From: Octopus vulgaris
Taxonomy: Eukaryota
Assembly: GCA_951406725.2 (NCBI GenBank)
Contig: OX597822.1
Span: 65,410,001 to 65,474,000, forward strand
DNA length: 64,000 bases
Reading direction: 5' to 3'
Positions within the stretch are counted from its first letter, which is position 1; each line of letters starts with the position of its first letter. Below are positions 1 to 14,133 of the stretch, one piece after another. A program made the position numbers and the translations under genes. A model generated the notes under the pieces. That model ran no database searches. It had not been told where the DNA came from and saw nothing but the letters and a program-made list of their open reading frames with translations.

Positions 1-1
1 C

Positions 2-598
2 ATACCATTCATAGTGACACACAACCCATGTCACCAGAATATCTTCAACATTGCCAAAGCAAACCTACCAATCATTGCCCAAAGTAATGAATTAAAAGAC
101 ATAATCAAGGATCGAGCTATGGTGCTTAGTAAAAGACAGCCTAAGAACTTGAAAACATTACTAACAAAGGCAAAATTTGACCTCAGCAACAAAGACCAAA
201 CATTCACGGTATCTAAATGCAATGATAGCCGATGTGGCACATGCCAATTCATACATACCGGTCAATATATAAACACAAAAACCGGGAAAATATTCACAAA
301 CGCGAATATGAACTGCAAAAGCAGAAATTTAATTTACTGCATCAAATGCCCAAATTGTGAAGAAATATATGTAGGTCAGACGGGAAACGCACTATTAGAA
401 CGCTCACGTGTACACCGGCAACAGATTAGAGACCCAGAGGTCCGTCAGATACCTTTGAGTAACCACCTAGCAACATGTGGTCGGAAAATATATATAATAT
501 TTCCATTCTACACATTACATAGCCCAAGTGAAATCGAGAGGAAAATCAGAGAAAAGAATTTTATTGATAAATTCGAACCCAAGCTAAATAAGCAATAA
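2..598 (+). CDS. C-terminal part of Penelope-like retroelement ORF: RT-EN linker plus GIY-YIG endonuclease (Neptune-like), 5' cut by window edge
   Basis: Frame is open from base 2. It reads PFIVTHNP, a Cys linker KCNDSRCGTC, the GIY-YIG motif LIYCIKCPNCEEIYVGQTG..R...H, a second His in LSNHL, and a terminal E..I..F.P.LN, all typical of PLE endonucleases. Confidence 0.92.
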   Translation: MPFIVTHNPCHQNIFNIAKANLPIIAQSNELKDIIKDRAMVLSKRQPKNLKTLLTKAKFDLSNKDQTFTVSKCNDSRCGTCQFIHTGQYINTKTGKIFTNANMNCKSRNLIYCIKCPNCEEIYVGQTGNALLERSRVHRQQIRDPEVRQIPLSNHLATCGRKIYIIFPFYTLHSPSEIERKIREKNFIDKFEPKLNKQ

Positions 599-913
599 TA
601 ATAATACTTAGAGGTATTACTTCCACTGCTACGACCATGACCACTAACAACAACAACAATACTAAAGGTGATCAAGACGAAGATAGCAGGAAAATTATCT
701 TATTTAGGGTTAAAAGTTCTATTGCCACCACCATCACCACTAGCAACAATAATTAAGGTGCTGACAATGATGATGATGACAATTGAAATATAAAAATATA
801 AAAATCTCTGACAAAGGATATTTACAACATTTCTAAAAATAACCCAACAATTGCTGCTTCGGCCAGGGTCAAGATACAGGACTCTTGACCTGTCCAACAA
901 AGCGTGATGCCTA

Positions 914-1029
914 AACCAATCAGCTCAACCAACCAATCAGCTTAAGTAATTGAGTGATACTACACACTGATTGGTCAGAATACAGTTTGCAAAACCTAGC
1001 ACTCTGGAGCCTACCCAGCTGTATTTATA
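914..1029 (+). promoter_or_regulatory. Putative PLE internal Pol II promoter (3 CCAAT boxes plus TATA-like)
   Basis: aaCCAATcagc at 914 and 931, reverse ctgATTGGt at 967, tatttata at 1022. Confidence 0.4.
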
Positions 1030-1092
1030 GCACAGAATCACTCATCTTGCTACAGTCAAAAATTGTGAAGCATGACTGTCAACACTACTACA

Positions 1093-1137
1093 TGAACCCG
1101 AAGATTGCAGAATTCAATGCATGAAAGTACTAGTTCA
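1093..1137 (+). ncRNA. Minimal type I hammerhead ribozyme (PLE type)
   Basis: tgaac-CCGAAGA-ttgca gaattcaa tgcat-GAAA-gtac-TA-gttca. Stem I tgaac/gttca, U4C core variant, palindromic stem III AGTACT. Confidence 0.7.
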
Positions 1138-1264
1138 ATCAGAATGAATATTTAACATTCTACTATTTCATTTTATTTTATTCAATTATAATATATTATC
1201 TTATAATATATCATTATAAGATTGTAAATAAAACGTGAAAATCAGACAAGGTTGGAATTCTTTT

Positions 1265-1366
<102 letters not shown>

Positions 1367-1810
1367 TCATATATACCTGGATACCTGAACATCCTTGTTA
1401 CTTATTTGCTTTTTGTTCACCAAACTTCGAGCTGCGCGGACTATACCGAACTGGCTTGGTGCCTCAGTTTAAGTACCTAATTCACCTGAATCTTAATTAT
1501 GCATTCAAATACACACACATTCACACGCACATATACACACACATACACACACATATATATATATGAATGCATAAGTATGTGTGTATATATGTAAGAATTT
1601 GAAAAACAGAATAGAGATGGCTTTTCTGATAATTTTTCCACTTTAAAACTTAGATGTTTGCAAGATATTAGGTGTTTACCTTTTATAAACACCCATTATC
1701 ATATGAACATCTTATTATTAAAGTGAGAAAATTATCAGAAACGCCATTTCTATTCGTTTTTTTCAGATACATATTACACTGAACCAAGGACTTTCTATTT
1801 CTTATTCTGA

Positions 1811-1889
<79 letters not shown>

Positions 1890-1893
<4 letters not shown>

Positions 1894-2166
1894 CATAAGG
1901 GACTAAAGCCATCTGAATATGGCTAGGGACAGGGCAGGGTGGTGGGGGTGTTACTGTTGCATTTAGCCCCAGGCGAACATCGACGTCACCAGAAAGGCTC
2001 GACACCACGGTGTCGAGCCTTTCTGCTGACGTCGATGTTCGCCTGGGCTAAATGCAACAGTAACACCCCCACCACCCTGCCCTGTCCCTAGCCATATTCA
2101 GATGGCTTTAGTCCCTTATGTTATCGAGCAGTTACTGTCTATATCCCTTTTAGAGAATTATTATTG

Positions 2167-2167
<1 letters not shown>
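1890..2167. mobile_element. Near-perfect palindromic element with one-sided tail, in (TA)n
   Basis: Arms 1890-2006 and 2009-2124 with a 2-nt loop, unpaired extension 2125-2167, (TA)n on both sides. Confidence 0.8.
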
Positions 2168-2216
<49 letters not shown>

Positions 2217-2252
2217 GTATCTGTAAATATAATTTGTGACAATTATTCGGTA

Positions 2253-2322
2253 GCCATGATAAAACTCCGAGTTTCAGATGTCGGGGTGGAAACCCACGCA
2301 GGCATCTCTTCAGCTGTTAGGC
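2253..2322 (-). ncRNA. Hammerhead-like motif
   Basis: Minus strand: CTGAAGA-gatg...gtgg gttt ccac...catc-t-GAAA-ctc g gag-TT. Stem I is weak. Confidence 0.55.
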
Positions 2323-4634
2323 CATCGATAGATTATATATAATCTGTTAGGCCATCGATAGATTATATATAATCGATGGAGTATATATATATTTTCGATA
2401 GATTAATGAATGTGTTTTATAAAGACGTATGTTTAAAATATTCGTTTCTACTCTAGGCATCAGGCCCGAAATTTTGAAGGAGGGGTACTGTCGATTATAA
2501 TATTGTAATTATAACTATATGCACTCGATTTCCTTCTAATACGTTGCAGAATATAGCCCAAAATCAAATTATAGAAGCAACAGAAATTAAGAAACGATGA
2601 ACTGACAAGATTTATGTTACATTATTCTCTGACAAAATATATGGGATAATTTTATAGGAATGTAGGTTTGTACACATTCTCTTCAGATCTGCGTACGAAT
2701 TTTTGATTGAATGTATGATATATCTAATTATTTTTGAATTAAGAAGTTATCCTAAAAAAATAGATAAATATATAAACTGAAAATAATAATGCTGGGCGAA
2801 AAATAACATAGCTTATAATACTTCAGATGATCTAAAAATGTTATTGAAATCATTCTTCATTATAAATTAGAAAGAAAATGAAATATGGGAGAAACCTGTA
2901 GCAAAATGTATTTTCCTAGCATTACTTAAAAATTCTTTCCACATGAATGGGAACTGTAGCCACATGTTTTTATTTTACAATATAAGTATTTAGTCGGTCT
3001 ATATGTTTTGCGTTCAAATTCCGCTCAGCTCGACTCTGGCTTTTATCATTTCGATGTCCATAATTTAAGGACTTGAATCGATGTAATCGATTTATGCCGC
3101 CACAGAAATTGCTGGCTTTGTGCCAAAATTTGTAACCATTACAATTATTTAGTGATTCTAATATATGGTTCCTCGTTCAATTCCAGTATCTACTTACCAA
3201 AAAAAAAAAACCCCTCTAGGGGAAGCTGGGTAGGCAGAGACAATTAAAATCCCGTTCATTGCGATTACGTTTTCCCTATTTCTGATGACAATATAATAAA
3301 CATCATTCAAGATAGTAGAGGTCGGAATAATCGACTAAAGGTGATGTCCCTTCATGGACGTTGCTCGTTGACTAAAAACAATCATATATGAGGATATAAT
3401 AAATAAGTCATACCATGATGTGAGTGGATGTTACACATCCGAAGCTAGTTCAAATGGGTTTCTCTGAGGACTATGCTAGCTATTGAAACTCGTTCCTACG
3501 TAAATATCCCTTGGCATTAGTCAACATAAATACATTGTTTTGTTTAGTACATTGTTAAATTGGAAGCGAAGCTATTCAGATTAAAGTTATAACTTCGTTA
3601 CTTCTCGTGGAAAATAAATACAGGGAAGTATAATCTCACTCCTTAGCAAAATAAACTATGAAATATGCACAGACGTGCACACACGCATACACACACACAA
3701 ACACACACGAAATTATATTCTCTTTTTTTTCTTTCTTACTGTGCTTTATAGTCCGTTTCTCCTTTGACTCACACATTCCCTTATCGCGATTAAGTAGAAT
3801 GCTTGTCCTCTGCCACTTGTTTCAACCTCCCAGCAATCACAGACTCTCAACATCTGCTATATTCTTTCAAAGCAAAACACAGAAAACAGTTGAATGAACG
3901 GATGTCCGTACGAAAGCATTGAATTTGACAGCAATGCCTCAAGTAAAAATTTGCTACAGCAAAGTAGCTCCACTTAAAGGCATTCCAAATCTAATTGTTT
4001 GCATATAGTTTTCACTGAATGCAATCTTCCATAAGTATTCAACGTCGCTTTTCGAAAACTTCTCCACATCAGTGTCAATTCAAAATGGCGATTAACGTGC
4101 GAAACATTCCAAATTAGCTTAATCCGATCATTCTATCATATTTCTGTGATCAACTGAGAGAAGAAGTAAGGGGTATCACAATGCGAGAGAATGTGTCCAC
4201 TGGGCTATTCCTTTCCTTCGACCCTCGGCCACAATTAATTCGAGTAGTCAGCCCAACGATGGAATAAAATTTACGTGCGAAGCTGTTGTTCAGTGATACG
4301 TAACAGAATTAAGACAATGGCTGAGGGCTGATTATTCGTTGCATTACCACAAGGCCGATTTTCTAACAATACTTAAAATGATATATATAAGTTGGTTTTG
4401 GAAACAATACACAGATATTGTATTACGCAATGAAACGTCTTGAATAAGATGCAAGCTAGCCTCAGGTATACTGCATACAACGCAGTGAGACTTGATACAT
4501 GTCTCTTGTATGTTCCGCTCTTAGCATTTTATTTTATTTCTCAGTTACTTACTCCCGCTTCCTGTACCTGTGGCTTTTTTTTCTCACCCTGTCATCTATC
4601 TATTATACTTTTTAGTTAGAACACATTTTACTAA

Positions 4635-4927
4635 TCTCTATATATATAAACGGCAAAATGTCTGGGTATCTGCGTGTCTGTGTGTCTGTGTGTCCTTTAT
4701 ACAAATCCACAGTTTTTTACGTAAAAGGCTCGCATGTTCTATGGGATTTCAAAACTGTCTGAGTGTGGTCGTGAAAATCTTTTAATTTCTCCAGTCACCC
4801 AGAATCTGCAGAGGCTCAGTCAAACGCGTTAATAAACATATGCGATGGAAAGGCGAAAACAAAGAAGGGGATTTAGCACAAAACAAGCACTTGCACTAGA
4901 CGCGGCAACGCCGGGTCATAGTTCTGG
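4635..4927 (+). mobile_element. Non-autonomous Helitron
   Basis: 5' A|TCTCTATATATATAAA, subterminal GC hairpin acgcggcaacgccgggt, 3' CTGG|T (CTRR). Inserted between A and T with no TSD. Confidence 0.75.
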
Positions 4928-5189
4928 TTGTAATTAATTTAAGTAGCTTAGAATTCCAGTGCATATGCACTGTACCTAATTTTCCGCTAAAATTAATGTG
5001 CCTCAACGGTTGCTGGGCTGGCCCTCTACGTTTCAGATTCACTCATTCCAATGAACTTCCACACAGTATATCACAAATTAGAACTTCATTCACAGAGTAT
5101 TTAGTCTGTCTAGAGACTGGAGTGCGATATTACTGCAGCAAAATTCTACTTTTTCTTCTTCCTGAGATGATGACCCCAAAACATGTAAT

Positions 5190-5960
5190 ATACTGGTTTC
5201 AAATTTTGGCACAAGGCCATCAATTTCGGGAGGAAGGACTAAGACTGTGAAATCAATTCCAGTGCTCAACACAATGCTGCTTATTTTACCAACACCGAAA
5301 TTTCGAAAGGCAAAGTAGACCAAAGCGGAATTCGAGCTCAGAACTTAAAGACAAACAAAATGGAAAACATACAATATATTATTTTCTACTCTAGGCACAA
5401 GGCCCGAAATTTTGGGGGAGGAGGCCAGTCAACTAGATCGACTCCAGTACGCAACTGGTACTTAATTTATCGGCCCCGAAAGAATGAAAAACAAAGTCGA
5501 CCTCGGCAGAATTTGAACTCAGAACGTAAAGATAGACGAAATATCGTTAAGCATTTCGCTCAGCGTGCTAACGTTTCTTATCTCTTTATTGCTCACAAGG
5601 GGCTAAACATAGAGGGGACAAACAAGGAAAAAAAGGGATTAAATCGATTACATCGACCTCAGTGCGTAACTGGCACTTAATTTGTCGACCCCGAAAGGAT
5701 GAAAGGCAAGGTCGATCTTGGCGGAATTTGAACTCAGAACATAAAGACATATGAAATACCTATTTCTATACTACCCCAGACAAACGGATTAAGTCGATTG
5801 TATCGGCCTCAGTGCGTAACTGGTACTTATTTAATCGACCCCGAAAGGATGAAAGGCAAAGTCGACCTCGGCGAAATTTGAACTCAGAACGTAGCTGCAC
5901 ACGAAATACCGCTAAGCATTTCACCCGACGTGCTAATGTTTCTCCCAGCTCACCGCCTTA
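5190..5960 (-). mobile_element. Cluster of tRNA-derived SINE family A copies
   Basis: Repeated atcgaccccgaaaggatgaaaggcaaagtcgacctcggcggaatttgaactcagaacgt, the reverse of B-box gttcaaattcc plus body. Confidence 0.85.
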
Positions 5961-6738
5961 CAAACATGTAATATATTGAAGCCTCTTTTTGTTTTACATA
6001 TATGAATCAAATGTCGAAAAATATCGTTATTTACATTAAATATTTTTTACCTACATTTAATAAATTATTTTCCTTTTATTTCCTGTCATAAATTTTTGCA
6101 GGAATTTTTATAATTGCAAGTGCAGTTGTATCTCTGGTACCTGAATAAACATTTTACATAATTTTCAAATGCATGATATATGCGTTTATGATTGATTACA
6201 TTTTTGTCTACAATGTCATTTCTGATTACTGTTAACTTTAGTGTCATATTTCTACTGTTTTAACCTTTCCCCAGAAAGTATTGCGCACTTGTAATGTCAG
6301 TAAAATTCTGCATTAAACCTAGTCGTAGCTTGCATCAATACCTTCACTGCCCCACTTGAATTCGATATTTCTTTGAACCTGAAATATATTTCAACCAGCT
6401 TTAGATAACATGTTCAATGTTTTAGAGTATTTTCTATTGATACTATTGTTAAGATACTCAGGAGGTTGAGCTATTGAAAAGATTATTGTGTGATGTTAAT
6501 ATTCTTCTCATCATTAGATCACATATACCTTTGGTTATGTTGCAGCACAGATTTATATCTGGGTATTATTTTAAAATAATATTTCGGAGATAGAGAAATA
6601 TTTGTGATAGAAATGATGTTCATTGATAGAGAATGTATTTCATGAAGGTTTTGATGCATTATATAATTTGTAAAATACAAGTTAAAACCATAGGAATGAA
6701 GCAGAGCCGAATCAAACTTGCCTTCAAAACTAATATAA

Positions 6739-7375
6739 GGCGGCGAGCTGGCAGAAACGTTAGCACGCCGGGCGAAATACGTAGCCGTATTTCGTCTGCC
6801 GTTACGTTCTGAGATCAAATTCCGCCGAGGTCAACTTTGCCTTTCATCCTTTCGGGGCCCATAAATTAAGTACCAGTTACGCACTAGGGTCGATATAATC
6901 GACTTAATCCTTTGTCTGTCCTTGTTTGTCCTCTCTGTGTTTAGCCCCTTGTGGGTAGTAAAGAAATAGGTATTTCGTCTGCCGCTACGTTCTGAGTTCA
7001 AATTCCGCCGAGGTCGACTTAGCCTTTCATCCTTTCGGGGTCGATTAAAATAAGTACTTGTTACGCACTGAGGTCGATATAATCGACTTAATCCGTTTGC
7101 CTGTCCTTGTTTTTCCCCTCTATGTTTAGCCCCTTGTGGGCAGTAAAGAAATAAGAAACGTTAGCACGCCGGGCGAAATGCTTAGCACTATTTCGCATGC
7201 CGTTACGTTCTGAGTTCAAATTCCGCCGAGGTCGACTTAGCCTTTCATCCTTTCGGGGTCGATTAAATAAGTACCAGTTACGCACTGGGGTCGATATAAT
7301 CGACTTAATCCATTTGCCTGTCCTTGTTTGTCTCCTCTATGTTTATCTCCTTGTGGGCAATAAAAAAATAAGTAC
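6739..7375 (+). mobile_element. Three tandem SINE family A copies
   Basis: ggcggcgagctggcagaaacgttagc (A-box) ... gagttcaaattccgcc (B-box) ... gcctttcatcctttcggggtcgat ... gccccttgtgggtagtaaagaaata, repeated three times. Confidence 0.88.
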
Positions 7376-8140
7376 TAAATTGATACTGACATTTATTGAT
7401 TCTCCCTCGTTTTTGATGATCTGTGTTCCGGTTGTTCCGTTAAATGGACGAACTTCTCATGGTTTATGTATCTTAGAATTCCATTGCATACGCAACTGAA
7501 CCTAATTTTCCGCTAAAATTGATGTGCTTCTGTGGTTGTTGGGCTGGCACTCTACCTTTCAGATTCACTCATTCCAGTTAACTTCCACACAGAATACATC
7601 CCCCATATTTGCTTCAACAATATTCGAGATTATTTATGGCTATAGTAGAAGGTACTTACCAAAGGGATCAAGCAAATCAATCGAATCCGTAACACTATTA
7701 TTGACAAGCAAATCTCTTAACCACCCCAGGTCTGCGTCTAGTTACTATCATAGAAATTATGTAAAAGCTTAGTTACATGCTGTGTGTTTTTCTCTCAAAT
7801 GATGGCAACGTATGCCAGGAAACGCCATCAGTGTAGATCTAAAATATTTTAGGTTTCCACTGAAGAACTTTCAACGTTTTGTTTGTGGTAAACTATTGTT
7901 TATAAATACGAGTAGTATAATACGCGAAAGATCTTATATTTGTGAGAATAAATAACTATTTACTCTAGGCACTAGGCAGCAAATAAATCAAGCTTTGAGA
8001 AAAATGAAATGACAGTATATAGGCAATCAATTTTGTTGATAATTTCAAAGATAACTTTGCTAGCTATCAGCGACATCATAGTAAACTGAAGAATATAAAG
8101 AAAATATTCTATCTCAGAATGTCCCCCAACAGAGCAACCA

Positions 8141-8794
8141 CGGTTAAAAGCCCACCTAATGATGCGCTTCTTTAGCGTATTATTCAACAGTATGCCGTTT
8201 CCAAAATGTCATCTTAAGGAATTTACCAAAGTATTGTGGATGAAATGTAGCAGACATAAGTGATATCTCATTGGCGTAAATACTCCTGTATTTGATTAGA
8301 ATACATTACAGATCACGTAGTTTAACATCACAACAAGACCCTATTTCTTGAAAGCAATCGGGTAAAGAGTACCGTCTGAGAATAATCTCCCATTTTTCTC
8401 TTACATATCAGTCTCAGGATCCCTATAAATCGTCATGTGATGGACACAGTTCTTCGTCCTCCAGATTAAAAGCGGTTAAAAGCCCACCTAATGATGCGCT
8501 TCTTTAGCGTATTATTCAACAGTATGCCGTTTCCAAAATGTCCTCTTAAGGAATTTACCAAAGTATTGTGGATAAAATGTAGCAGACATAAGTGATATCT
8601 CATTGGCGTAAATACTCCTGTATTTGATTAGAATACATTACACGTCACGTAGTTTAAAATCACAACAAGACCCTATTTCTTGAAAGCAATCGGGTAAAGA
8701 GTACCGTCTGAGAATAATCTTCCATTTTTCTCTTACATATCAGTCTTAGGATCCCTATAAATCGTCATGTGACGGACACAGTTCGTCCTCCAGA
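8141..8794. repeat. Tandem duplication, 2 x ~332 bp
   Basis: cggttaaaagcccacctaatgatgcg...cgtcctccaga begins at 8141 and again at 8473, with few substitutions. Confidence 0.92.
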
Positions 8795-9093
8795 GTAAGT
8801 CGACAAATATACTATTTGCAAAATACTCTTTCGTAATGACTTACTATTTGCAAAATGACATAAGTTCCAATGCGAAGATCTATTGAGTTCGTAGCCGGAT
8901 TAGACGATGTCGGAGCAGGCAAAAAGTGGGATGTGTCAATAGTTCGTAAATTCTTTTTTGCGTCAGTCATAATCCGGATACCACGTACTTAATATTCAAA
9001 CGTTTAGCAAACTGCAAACATCTGAAATATATGACATTAGCAAGCTTTGATGTACAATTCTAGACCGTCTCATTTTAAACACCAACTAGATAA

Positions 9094-9151
<58 letters not shown>

Positions 9152-9176
9152 ACACTGCTGCTGCTGCTAAAAACTA

Positions 9177-9268
<92 letters not shown>

Positions 9269-9290
9269 ACTACTACCACTACTACTGCTG

Positions 9291-9349
<59 letters not shown>

Positions 9350-9365
9350 GCTACTACTGCTGCAA
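9094..9365. repeat. (CTA)n/(CTG)n microsatellite
   Basis: Direct reading. Confidence 0.95.
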
Positions 9366-9524
9366 CTGTTGCTGTTATTCATATTCCTGTATATATCACA
9401 GCCAATGCCTAGGACGCTGAGTTTCGTAATCGAAACATTAAGTTTATGACAAGTTTTGAAAAAGTAAAAAAAATTGTAATAATCACGGAAAATGTACAAG
9501 AAGAAACGAATAAGAAATTACTCC

Positions 9525-9715
9525 TGTCTACTATAGACACAAAACCTGGAATTTGGGGAAGGGAGATTACCGATTACTGGTACGTAATTTATCGACCCTA
9601 AAAGGATAAAAGGTAAAGACGACATCTGCGGAATTTGATCTCACAACGTTGCGACAGGCGAAACACTGTTAAGAATTTCGTCCAGCGTGCTAACGATTCT
9701 GTCAGCTCGCCGCAT
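9525..9715 (-). mobile_element. Diverged SINE family A
   Basis: atcgaccctaaaaggataaaaggtaaagacgac...gctaacgattctgtcagctcgccgc. Confidence 0.75.
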
Positions 9716-10464
9716 TAAACGAGTATGAAAATAATGATATTAAACTTTAGAAATATATAAGATTAAATTTTAGAACATTGCGTAAGGAAATCACTGACGT
9801 TGATGCCCTTTATCGCATTTGAAAAAGAAATTAATGGGTTGAGTATGAGAGGAGAAGGAGAAGGAGAGAGAGAGAGAAAGAAAGAGAGGCAGAGAGACGT
9901 TTCTAGGTAGTTTACTGAAAGGGCAAGGATGATACTTTATGAAAATGGAGAGAATTCAAAGACAGTACCAGAGAATTGGGAGAGAGAAGTATGGAAGGTG
10001 AGAGGTGATGTTGAAGCAACAAGGAAAACAGAGAGAAGGCAGTATACTGAGAAAGTAAGAGGGATTACGGTGCGAGTCACATTATGGTTGTAGAGTAGTG
10101 GGAAAGAGATTGAAAGAGAGATGATGAACAAAAAGTAAAAGCGAGTTTGTAGTCGAGAAAAACCAAAACGGAGAGAGGATGATAGATACCGAGAGAAGGT
10201 GGTAGATAGTAAAACCTGGAAAACGATGCGGTTGGAAGGTGAATGGATGGATAAGAAATATAATTCCGTTGTAATTTACAAAGGTACGAACATTGAGGAA
10301 TAGAGGAAACACTGGTTGCACGGCAATGAAAGCACATAGTTGTGAGATGGAAAGAGATATAGGTAAATAAATAAGATAGATAAAGCGGAAGGCAGGTGGT
10401 GATATTGTGGTGATTTCCTGTCGATAAATGATGAAGGAATAAGGTTTACATTTGCTCAAACACA

Positions 10465-10470
10465 AACACA

Positions 10471-10511
<41 letters not shown>

Positions 10512-10616
10512 TTGTATATATACATACATTCCTACATACATATATATACATATATATGCATACATATATACATACATATTGACTGTATATACATATATAT
10601 ATGTATATACATATAT

Positions 10617-10691
<75 letters not shown>

Positions 10692-10945
10692 TATACCTAT
10701 ATATATACCTATATATACCTATATATACCTATATATATATATACCTATATATATTTATATGTATATACGTATGTGTATATATATGTATGTCTGTATGTAT
10801 ATATATATAAATATATATGCATATATGTGTATGTATGTATGTATATATATATGTATATACATATATATAAGTGCATATTTCTGTGCATATCTCTTAGTTT
10901 GCTTCAATGCGTATATTTTAGCATATATGTATATATAAATGTATG
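10465..10945. repeat. (TA)n/(TACA)n compound microsatellite
   Basis: Direct reading. Similar blocks occur at ~12040-12500, 12990-13300, 18800-19070 and 54230-54660. Confidence 0.95.
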
Positions 10946-11445
10946 CGTTTGTTTGTAACCATAGTAAAACATATCAACACATCCATGATTTATGGAGATG
11001 AATAACTCAACAGATAAATGTAATATCATCTAAATGATATATCTTTACCTGTGTATATACCTCTATGTGCATATATATATGTGTGTGTTCCTTTGTTTTG
11101 TTGTCTATGTGTGTTTCTGTTTATATTCAACATTCCCTATATAAACAGTCACAGCATGTACACCTGAATCCAATTGTTGTAAAAGTATTGTTCCTTATTT
11201 ATTCAATAAGGAAATCCTTAATTTCGAAACAGAACCGAAACCTTTCGGAATATTGCATTTAGATGTATGCCTTTCTTAATATCCGCTCGCATTCGTCGTT
11301 AATTGTTTATCTGCCTTTGCATGTTACTACAGCACGCAAACCCCTAACTTTCGTTTATATGTAATGATAATATGTGAAAATATTCCATCCTTAATCGAAA
11401 TTATAATTCTTAATGTGTGTTCCCGGTTTATTATTATTATTATTA

Positions 11446-11524
<79 letters not shown>

Positions 11525-12232
11525 CATTATTATTGCTATTATTACCATTTTTATATATCTTGATCTGCGTGTTGTGATTTATCTAATTTTTCTTCAACAC
11601 ACACATTGTCTATTGAATAAAAAAAAGACAACAACAACAAACTGAATATAAAAAACAAAACAATAAAATATGCATTGCATTTTAGCTCGCAAAATGCTAC
11701 CGAAGATTGTGTTGGGAATAAGTATATCAGTTTTGGTGAATCGAATAGATCTCTGCAACAATGTCAGTTTCATTTACGTGGAAGCACTTCTCATGAAACC
11801 AGGCGAGCAAAGCAAAACTTCACAACGCATATACACATAAGGTATTCCCAACACACACACACACACACAGACACATACACACACACACACGCACACACAT
11901 GCAGCATGAACACAATGACACACTGGCTTACGCGCGTGCATATTACGTATATTTATTTATACATGAATTATGCATGTCTCTCCTTCTTTCCGTATCTCTC
12001 CATATTCGTGTGTACGTACGTGTCTGTTTATATTTACGCATGTACATACATGCATATATACGTATATACATGCATACATACAGGCATGCATACATACATA
12101 TATGCATACATACATACATACATAAATATATACCTGTACAGAGAAAAAACAGACACACAAATACAACACACACATAGACGAACACACATACATGTATATG
12201 TATATATATATATATATATGTATGTATATATG

Positions 12233-12306
<74 letters not shown>

Positions 12307-13105
12307 TGTATGTATATATATATGTGTATGCGTATATATATATATGTGTTTGTGTGTGTGTGTGTGTAACATCTCTTTCTGAATGTTTGTCTATTTGAGT
12401 ATCTCCTTGACTGTATATATGTGTGTGCGTGTGCTTGTGTGCGTGTATACACACATACACATGCATACACACGCATACAGTCACTCACACACACACACAC
12501 TTATATATAGTTACATATGCTTATCCCCCCCACAAAATATACTCAGTTACGCAATAAACCTGAAGTCTGTCATTTCATTCTATGTAAACAGACAGACCGA
12601 GTTTCTATAAGGCATTATGCATTGCAACAATAGCCGGAGGGGTGGAATACTTTGATACTAGTATTTGTGCCTTTACACGGTGTGAAGAATCTCAAATTGC
12701 AAATCGTCCTATTCCACTTAGCACAATTTGATATCCCACAGTGTATTTCACTATTCTCTTATTCTGCATCGACATGCGCAGAATTGTAGTCATATGGTTT
12801 ATGTTCGTCGTCATGTTTTACATTATACATAAAAGAGTAATGCACTTTGGTAATTCGTAGAATACAAGGATGGAAATTATATGGTGCACAGACATACTCA
12901 CGCGACATACTCGCGCACACAAACGCATACATAAACGCTCAGATACATGCACACACGTGTACGCGTACACACACAAACACGCACACACACACTTATGTAT
13001 ATATATATATATAATTGTGTATATATATATGCACATATGCATATATATATATATATATATATACATACATATATATGTACATATATATATTATGTATATA
13101 CATAT

Positions 13106-13145
<40 letters not shown>

Positions 13146-13184
13146 TTATATATATGTATATATATTATTATATATATATATATT

Positions 13185-13292
<108 letters not shown>

Positions 13293-13398
13293 TATATAGA
13301 GAGAAAGAGAAAGTAAGAAAGGAAAGAGGTAGAGAAAAGAGAGAAGTAGAGGAAGAGAGAGAGGGGAGAGAAAGAGAGAGAGAAAGAGTGAGAGAGAA

Positions 13399-13442
<44 letters not shown>

Positions 13443-13988
13443 CTAGTTTTAGATATGGATTCAGAGATAAAGATAATAATACAAATAATTGCACGATATC
13501 GATATTTATGTGTGTTTCTGTGCATGAACTTGCACTGCAAAACACAGGTACACACATACACACACACCTACACACACATACACATAAACACACACAATAA
13601 ACATACATCCAACTGCATATATAAATATATCAGATAAAGTATGGAAGCATTTATAGAGTTATGTCATGTTAACAATCATCATGTTAAGCATTTTATTGCG
13701 TACATCTCTTTTCCAGAGCGTTTTGTGGTTTCGTGCGCTTCCTCATTCTGTCATCATTTTATTCCTTTTAACATTTATTTTAGTGGTTTATTTTGAAAAA
13801 AAAAAAAAAAAAAATTTCCTTGAGGTTTCGCAACGACGACCTGAACATTCCTGCAATTGTTTTCATGATAGAATGAAAGCTTTTCTCCATCAAGCTACCG
13901 AAATAAAATCGCTAAATCGGCAGATTATGAAGGCCATTCATCGTTTAGAATCACATCTGACCAAAGGTAAAACATCGATTGCATATTT

Positions 13989-14044
<56 letters not shown>

Positions 14045-14091
14045 TGTAGTAGTTGTAGTAGTATCAATGATGATGATGATAATACTAATTC

Positions 14092-14133
<42 letters not shown>

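Noticed and set aside
2023-2070. CTGCTGA as a hammerhead core in the 1890 palindrome
   Set aside because: No GAAA or compatible stems follow it.
6739-6830. tRNA-like A/B-box sequences (also 26005, 46446, 49507, 55797, 57978)
   Set aside because: They are SINE heads that run into SINE bodies and do not form a full cloverleaf, so they are not tRNA genes.
5385-7375. Regularly recurring repeats resembling a CRISPR array
   Set aside because: The context is eukaryotic, the units are SINE bodies without unique spacers, and there are no cas genes.
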